In this document: positions 55,491 to 64,000 of the stretch, piece by piece
Layout: every line of letters begins with the position of its first letter
Numbering within the stretch: the first letter of the stretch is position 1
NCBI RefSeq assembly: GCF_009914755.1
Contig: NC_060927.1
Direction: 5' to 3' (one strand)
From: the human T2T-CHM13v2.0 reference genome, Homo sapiens
DNA: 64,000 bases
The notes under the pieces: model-generated
The model's database searches: none
What the model was told of the DNA's origin: nothing
Seen by the model: the letters and a program-made list of their open reading frames with translations, nothing else
Program-made: the position numbers and the translations under genes

Positions 55491-58400
55491 TTGCCTTTCT
55501 CTAACTGTAGTTAGCAGCTGACATTTGCTGAGTGCTAAGGGTTCAGCACTTCTCTAAGTACTTGGCTCATCTGAGTTTCCTTTTTTTTTTTTTTTTGAGA
55601 TGGAGTCTTGCTCTGTTGCCCAGGCTGGAGTACAGTGGTGCAATCATCTGAGTTTCATAGCAACCCAGTCAGAGAGAAAACATCTCTCAAAAGAGGGGAA
55701 AATGCAGAGATAAATTCAAAGAAAAGAATTCACTTTGAGTTTTAAAGAAAGGAAGTCCCCCAAGGGCCTTCAAACACTTGAAACTCAGTAGGCTCTTCAG
55801 AATTAACTCATCTTTGGAGGATTAGGGTTCAGAATGGCTCACTAATGCACAGCCAAGGACCCAGAATTGGGGATTTTAGCACTGGAAAGTAGAAGGCATC
55901 ATAGGAGCTTCCTGAGAACAAAGTTGTTTGCATTACAAAACAGTGGTAGCAATAGTTTTATCCATGTATTCACTTCAAGAAAAGAGAGAATGGATACGGA
56001 TGAAGCAAAATCAAAATTCACTGAATGACCCCCAAATTGCATTTACAAAGAAAGGCTTCACTGATCTGTAGCAATAATCCTACTCACACCCCCTGCAAGG
56101 TCACAGAGTGATGCTATATTGGCGCATGTGCACACAGGCCTGGGCATCCAAATACAGTCTCTTCCCTAAGCATACTAAGCGAGGAAAGAGCTATGCTAAA
56201 AAGCGCCGGTCGTTGTCTTTGGACTGTGCTCAGTTTTCTTCCCAGGTGCTCAGCCCCTAGCCCACCCTTAGACCAGAGTCTCTGTAACCAGGATGCAGAT
56301 TTCTTCCTAAGGAAGGAAGCCTTGAATAACAGGGAAAACTCCCAAAGTGAACAATCCCTCTTTGATTATTCCATATAGTCACCCCTCAGTGCCAGTTTGT
56401 GAATCTCACAAGACTGCCTTTCTGTCCCCACTAATTTGTGGTCAAGCTTCAGTGAAAAAGAAACAACAATAAAACTCCAAATCAATATGGTCCATCTTAT
56501 TTACAATGTCTGGAAACAAAAATATATCCCTTTCCTATCAAAATCTAAACTATACTCATGACAGAGATTGAGTACTTTGGAGGAAATGCTGAGACTCTGG
56601 AGTGGATTCCCCAAAAGCCATGGGAACAATGCCTGAAGCCATTGTAGCCTCACCAAAACAAGTGTTCCAGAACTTAGGCTGACAGTGTTGAAGGAGACCG
56701 CATCCATTGGGATGCACAGGGTCTCACAGCCACTGTAATATAAAATGGTGTGTTAACAGCTGTTGTCTCTGGGTGGTTAGGATTGTGAGTCTCCTCCTTT
56801 CTTTTTAGTTAACTATTAGTTTCTGAGAGTTCTGCAATAGTACACCTGGCCTTTGCAAAACAGAAAAAAGAATTTTACTTAAAAAATGCATTTCTTTTAT
56901 ATTAGTGTGCTGTATAATGAATGTATATAGCACATTCATTAATTTGTTGAGGGCCTCAAGGAATTTAAATCTAGTAGCGGAAATAAAAGAGCCATGCAAA
57001 TAAATGTTATGCATGTTTAAAGGTGACAGAGGTCATGCGCCCATATAAAATCATGTCATCTTGTGGCCCTAAAGGCAGAAACGTTCATGCATGGGAACAT
57101 CAGACAACAATTACACTGTTAAAGTATTCTTCTCGTGTGAAACCCTTTCCTACAGAAGGTGGCCCCTCAGGACTCTGCTCATACAGTGAATCTGCAAACC
57201 ATCATTGTCTTCTCCTGCACTCCATTAGGCAGGGCTGGTCTACCCAGGCTTCTATCAGCTTCAGAGAATGGGAGTGCCAAGCACTGCAACTAGGAGGAGG
57301 TAAATCATTAACTGCGCCAGAGGCGTCCTGGCATTCCATTAGCAAGCATACAGGCCCCCTGCAGCAGGGCCAGCTCTGGTGGCTCACTGGGCTCTGGGGC
57401 ATCAATGATTAACTGGGGACATTGCAAACGTTCCAGACCTCAGGGACACGATCCTTCTGTCTCTTTCTCTTTTCCTCTCACTTTCTACACATACCCCAAG
57501 CTTACCTCTGAAATGCCCTCTTAAAATAAATATTTAGGGATTTGAAAATATGCTGAAACTGGCATCACTTAAGAAAGTTGCAGTTCACTATGATACTTTT
57601 ATAGCACATTGGACCTGAAGCAAAGGCAGGAATTTTTGTGACCTTGTTCAGTTCCAAGGTCTGAATGATTTGAAACTTTAATACTTGCCCTCCCAATATG
57701 GAAAATCAATCCGTTTTTACTGTCTGCCACTACCCTGGACCTCTGGGTGGTGAAGGAATAAGCCTGGGTTCACATCCTTGGGATGCATGACAACAGCCCT
57801 GCCCTGCCAGGTTGCCTTATCTGCTGTCATCACTGGCCTTCCACCAAGAAGTCATAGCTGGGATTTTTACAGTCAGGATCTTCATCAAGAGCCAGTAAAA
57901 ACTCTTTGGTCCTGTAGTTTTCAGAGGGCTGCCATGTATAGACTCTTACTTGACTCTTGCAGCTATGACGGAGATGTCTTTGGTTTGGATACCCAGAAGC
58001 AGAACCTCAGATAGGGCTTCAGAGACCCCTGCCTGCAAGTCCTCACCAACACTCACAGCAGCTGGGAATGGGCCTAATGAAGGTATACGGGTAGGGCACC
58101 AACAATGTCCACAACAGCTCACAAAGCCAGTCGTTTTACTGGGCCCATGTAGCCTAGAAAAGAGGCCTGGAGAAGTAGATGGTTTGCCATGATCTCACAT
58201 GGCAGCTTAAATGGCAGATTGGAGACCATAATTTTGGTTTCCAGGTTGAGTGGTTGTCTCCATGCCTCATCGTAAATTCATGTTTTTGGTGAGGTAAGTT
58301 CTGTAGAACCAAAAGTATTCATAAGCGTCTATCTCCAAGAGACCCTAAATCCCTTATAGGTTAAAGCAATATCTGCTCCCCACTTTTGGAAAGTGTCAAA

Positions 58401-60868
58401 TGGTTCACCAAGGTTATAATCACACCATAAGCAAGTCTTGGGCTATTCCCTTGTTTTCGTAATAGGACAGGATTGGTGCCTGCCAGGTGTGTACCTAAGA
58501 CACCCCTAGGAGAGTCAGTGTGGTACAGAGAGGCTAGTATGCAAGCCAAGGCCTGCACACTCTGGGCCTGGCTTGGTGTCCTAGCTTTCTTGGGTTGTAA
58601 TTCCTTCCTTGTATTAAGGAGGAAATTGCTTTTGGTATCTAAGGTTCCTCCCATCTCTGAAGTATTATGGTTTTAAATGGTGACCCACTTAGCTTCTTAG
58701 GGAAGATTCTTTCCTTTCCCCTGCATTCTCCTCTGGGTCCAACCCACAGCCTTAGTACCCTCTAATCCTCCATATGAGAAAACCAAGTAACCACAGAAGA
58801 AATGCTCACAAACATGAATAGACAGCCCTGAGTTTTCACCACAATGAGTTTTGGAAATGGCACCAAAGAGGGTCACTCTAAGGAGAGAATCGCATTCTTG
58901 ACACAGTAACCACATTTAATTGGAGGTTGTATTCTCGAACAAAAGCCCGGTATCAAATAAATCAAGGGTATAACCAACAACTTGTCATAAAAATAAAGAT
59001 ATAGTCACCATAACCCCTATAATAATTTTAAATAGTAAAACTGTGCTCCAGCTTCATAAAATGTCCTCAAAAACCTTTATGGCCTCAAAAGGCCTTTAAA
59101 AGGAATGAGGGCTCATTCTGTGCTTGCTGAAGGTTGAGGAGAAAGCTGAGCTGCAGGCAGGCAGTCGCTTGGCCACTGCATTCTACCTGCCTGTCTCACT
59201 TGAGAGGCAGTTTCCAGAACCTGGTGCTGCCTTGAGATTTACTTAATGACTAAAAGCAAAACATCTGTTAGAGCACTAAGCATTTTGGTTTTTCTCTAAC
59301 ATATATCAAGGGCTTTCAACTTATCCTCAGTTGCTTAGGACGGGCTACCATAGCCTGTGCTCAGAGCAGGGGCAAATTCTTTGTCCCTATAGGTCCTCCA
59401 AGACTCAAAGCAACATATCCATCTTCTCCAAGCTTGGTGAGTAGCAGAAAGGGGGTGATTGTGCTGATTCTGCAGATCTGCCGCATGTCTTTTTTGTCTG
59501 GCAGGGCCTGGCGCAATGCACACACTACAAACCCACACAGCTGCAGGGCACAGCTGCGGTGGCCCAACCGCAGATAGGTCACATGAGCAGGAAGAAGGAA
59601 CTGAGGCTCTGCCCACATCAGGGACGGAGGAAGACCAGGAAGGAGAGAAAGCAGGACTGAGCTGAGGCCAGGGAGAAAACAGACTGCCCAGCAGGACACT
59701 GGGGATTGGGAAGATGCACCAAGAAGATATGAGCAGTGAGCTGAAGAATCTTTAGGGCTGGGAACAACAGACCCGAGGGGTTGCCACTGAGTATTTACTT
59801 GATTGTTAAGTAACTGAAGGGATGCTGGGAAAGGCTGGGCCTGGAGGAGGGGACATTAAGGAATTCTTCTAGATGGACATCTCCCCTAAGCTGACAAAGC
59901 CTCATTCTGCAACACTGTCTATGTATTCATGATTGTTGCCTGCCTGCCTGTAACACATTACTGTGAACTTCTTACCCTGTTACAAGTGTTGTTTCTCCTA
60001 TGATAAAAGACTAGAAGAGGACTGGTGATTAAAAACTGAAAAATAGTAGGAAATAAAACCAATGGTGCTGAGGGATTAGCTGAAGAAGAATCAATCTTCT
60101 TCTGCCCCATCTCCAAGTATAAGCTCACTCAGATAATAAATGGACGTGGTTGCACAAAAAAAAAAAAGAAGGAAAACATTAACACCCCAAACAAATCAGA
60201 CCACAGAAAATGTCTATAAAACTTACCTCATGGGTATGTTATGAGGGTGAAGAGTGAAGGGTGAGCCAGGGGCATGGCATGACCAAGCTTCAGAGCCTGC
60301 ATCTGTGTCAGCAACTGGCACTCAGCCCCATAAGCAGGCAGGCACTTAATTAAGGCTTTGAATAATCCCATTGCCAACAGTCAAAAGCCTTAACTGAACC
60401 CACAGAACCCATCAGGAAGAGATCATACCAACTAAAAACAGCAATTAGTGAGAGGCTTAAACTGCTGGATGCTCCCCACCCCCATGTCCAACTTGTAAAC
60501 CAATGAGGACAAAAGTGCTTCCGTGTAAATAAAACCAGAATGCAGAGAATTGTTCCTCTCAATGGCTCAGCAAATGCCATGTGGGTCTCCAGGGACAGAT
60601 GCTCAAAGTCTCTTTCTCTGTGATCAGCCACTCTCACTTCCTATGGCATGCTTTCTTTTCCTATGACCCGAGACATAGGAATCACTGCACCTCGACATCT
60701 GCAAGGCTGAGGACTTGTTTCTGTCACTGAAAACACAAGGCAAGTTATAGCTCCGTAGCTGGGGGTTACAATTCAAGCCCTTCTGGACCGCTTAATCAAA
60801 AAGATCTATTTCCTTTTATCTAGACCAACCTTATCAACACATGCAACTTTTTGATTCCCTTTTAATGA

Positions 60869-61234
<366 letters not shown>

Positions 61235-62267
61235 TAGAATTTTAAGTGTGATGGGCAACTTCTCACGTTGATACCTTCCTTGTTCCCCCAAATGCATTGT
61301 TTTCATAGCAAAACAGATGTCCTTCTGGTTTAACTCCCAGCCCTTCTGGGATAGTTGTGGGGCTCCAGGCTTTCCAGAACCTCTACACAAAACTTTGGGG
61401 TTCTGGCTGTACTCTCACCATGGGTCTCCACGGATACTGTGTCTTCAGCTGGAGGAGCAAGCCCAGGAGATCACTCTTCTGTGGCAGCTCTCCAGTTTCT
61501 GCTACCAAATAGAGATGCACTCTCAGACATATTAAGTATTAATGAGAGGCATGTGGCATTGCAGAGGTTTAACAAATTAATGCTGTGGTTTGACGTGGTT
61601 TTGATTTGCTAGGCTCTCCTGCCTGCCAGTGTAAGCAGCATTCCTCTCCTTTGGAGGAAGTGCCTCCTCCCTTTCCACCCATTATGTGTTAGACCCGGTG
61701 GGGATGCCAATTGGTAAAATGCCTCCTGGCCAAAGCACTTGGTCTCAAACAATAGGCATATGTTCCAAGCCAGCCAATGAGAGATCTTCCCTGCAACTTT
61801 ATCTTTGAATATTGAGAGACCAAAGCTGTCTCTTTTCACAGAGACCCAAAACTGAGAAGATGTAAGACTTAGCCTATCTGCAGCCGTTCTCTCCCAAGCC
61901 CCATTATCTATTTTCTTGCCTCCTCCCAGAAGGAAGAAGCCATCTGGAGAATAAGAGCTGATATATACAGTGAAGAGAAGAAATGGAGACAGAGTTGACA
62001 GAGCTGTGGTAGACTCTGGACCCGCTCAGGTATATGAGACAATACATATCTTTTGCTTAACCTAGCTGGAGTTTCTGTCACCTGCAAAAAAAAGTCCCAC
62101 CTACTTACTTCAGGAAGGTATATGGCCTTTGGAGTCAGACAGATCTATGTGTGGATGTGGGCTGCATCAATCATCAGCTGCCTGACATTGAGCAAGTTAC
62201 TTATTTGGCTCTGAGTTTACGTAACTGCAAAGTGCAGATGATATCAGAATCTACTTCCATGGAGAAG

Positions 62268-62580
<313 letters not shown>

Positions 62581-63830
62581 GAGAAGTTTATAATTAAATG
62601 AGATAGCACATGTACAATACCACATTAATAGATTCTAAAGGTTAGACTTTTCCTCTCTTCTTTTCTTCAAAGTCAACAATTTTTTTTTTATAATGAGGTA
62701 CCCGAAACTCCATTTCACTCCCAGCTCTGTTAATGGCATGAAACTACTTCTGCCCTAAGAAATATCAGAACATATAAACTTATGGGCTTGGTATGCCTCA
62801 TCTTACACAACTTTCATTCTTATAGACAACTTCAAGGCATCACACTCTTAACTAGGTAAAAATCTAACCCTTTAACTGAGAACATTCTGCTCTGGTTGAA
62901 TTGGCTTATTATTTTTATTTAAAGACCGAAACCCAATTTGAAAAGTGATCCTTGTTTTTATGTATTATTAAAAAACACATTTTAAAACAAATATCCAGTC
63001 TGCAGTTTTACTGTGCCATTATTCCACTCCCAAAATACCATTTGAGCCTTGGAGACAGAGACCATCCCCTGGATTTCTGCCTCACTGACTAATGCAGCCC
63101 TGGAATTTCAAGAAGGATGGGTGAGTGTCAGGAAATAAATCTGGATAATAAATCTGGAGTTTTTAGCCAGTCATGATTGGACCTGGAGAGAGGGAGAGAC
63201 ATACTTCACTGGCAGTAGGAATGGAGTGGAGGGCTGCTCCCCAAACAACACAGAGACTATAACCCCTCCATCAGCAGAGCCTGCTGCCCAAGACTCAGAC
63301 ACTGGCCACAGATTGTTCTGTCTTATTCTCTGACAATTTCTGTTTAAAAGCAAGGGTGGGCAAAAGTGACCTGAGGGTCTCAACACCCTGAGAACATCAT
63401 GACTTGGCTTCCTTGGCTTTGTTTCAGAATTTCTGATCTCTGCAGCCTGTCTCTGTGACCCAACACCTGCTCCACGTTGGGTCAGAATCCACCACACAAA
63501 GCATGCATTCTGCTCACTCTCCCAGGTGGCGGCTCTGAGGGACGGAGTGGAGCAGGTGGGGCTATGAAAGCAGGATCTTTTATGCCACCTGTATCCATGT
63601 GGCCAGGAGAGCATCTCTTTGACTCTGCTGGAAAATACCTGGCACAAGTGGCAGACAGCAGCCTCATGAAAATGTCCCTTTATGCTTGAATGTCTGCCCC
63701 ATGTCCCAAGCTGCCCAAAGGCATCATGATTTGCATAGAGAATCATGTCAGAGAAGGAATCAAAGGTTGTTTCTCATGCAATGTCAGTGTCTGACTGGCC
63801 ATTAGGCTAAAAAAACCCAGATCTTTATTA

Positions 63831-64000
<170 letters not shown>

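Overview
Primate (apparently human) genomic DNA from inside MYLK (myosin light chain kinase), transcribed on the minus strand. Fourteen GT-AG-bounded coding exons splice into one continuous frame (c.166-3448; exons 5-18 in NM_053025-style numbering, recalled from memory). They encode the N-terminal Ig domains, the cassette exon 11, the DFRxxL actin-binding motifs and the 12-aa repeats. The internal promoter for smooth-muscle MLCK (CArG box, TATA, ATG at Met923) lies in intron 17 and exon 18. Introns contain Alu, L1, L2, MIR, MaLR LTRs (THE1, MST, MLT1) and hAT/mariner remnants, plus two near-perfect minisatellites. The most striking unexplained structure is a gap-free 183-bp inverted copy of exon 18 coding sequence in intron 18 (174/183 identical, all 9 differences transitions). 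It could fold the pre-mRNA into a long exon-intron duplex with the exon 18 donor in the loop. Repeat subfamily calls and boundaries were made by eye and are approximate.
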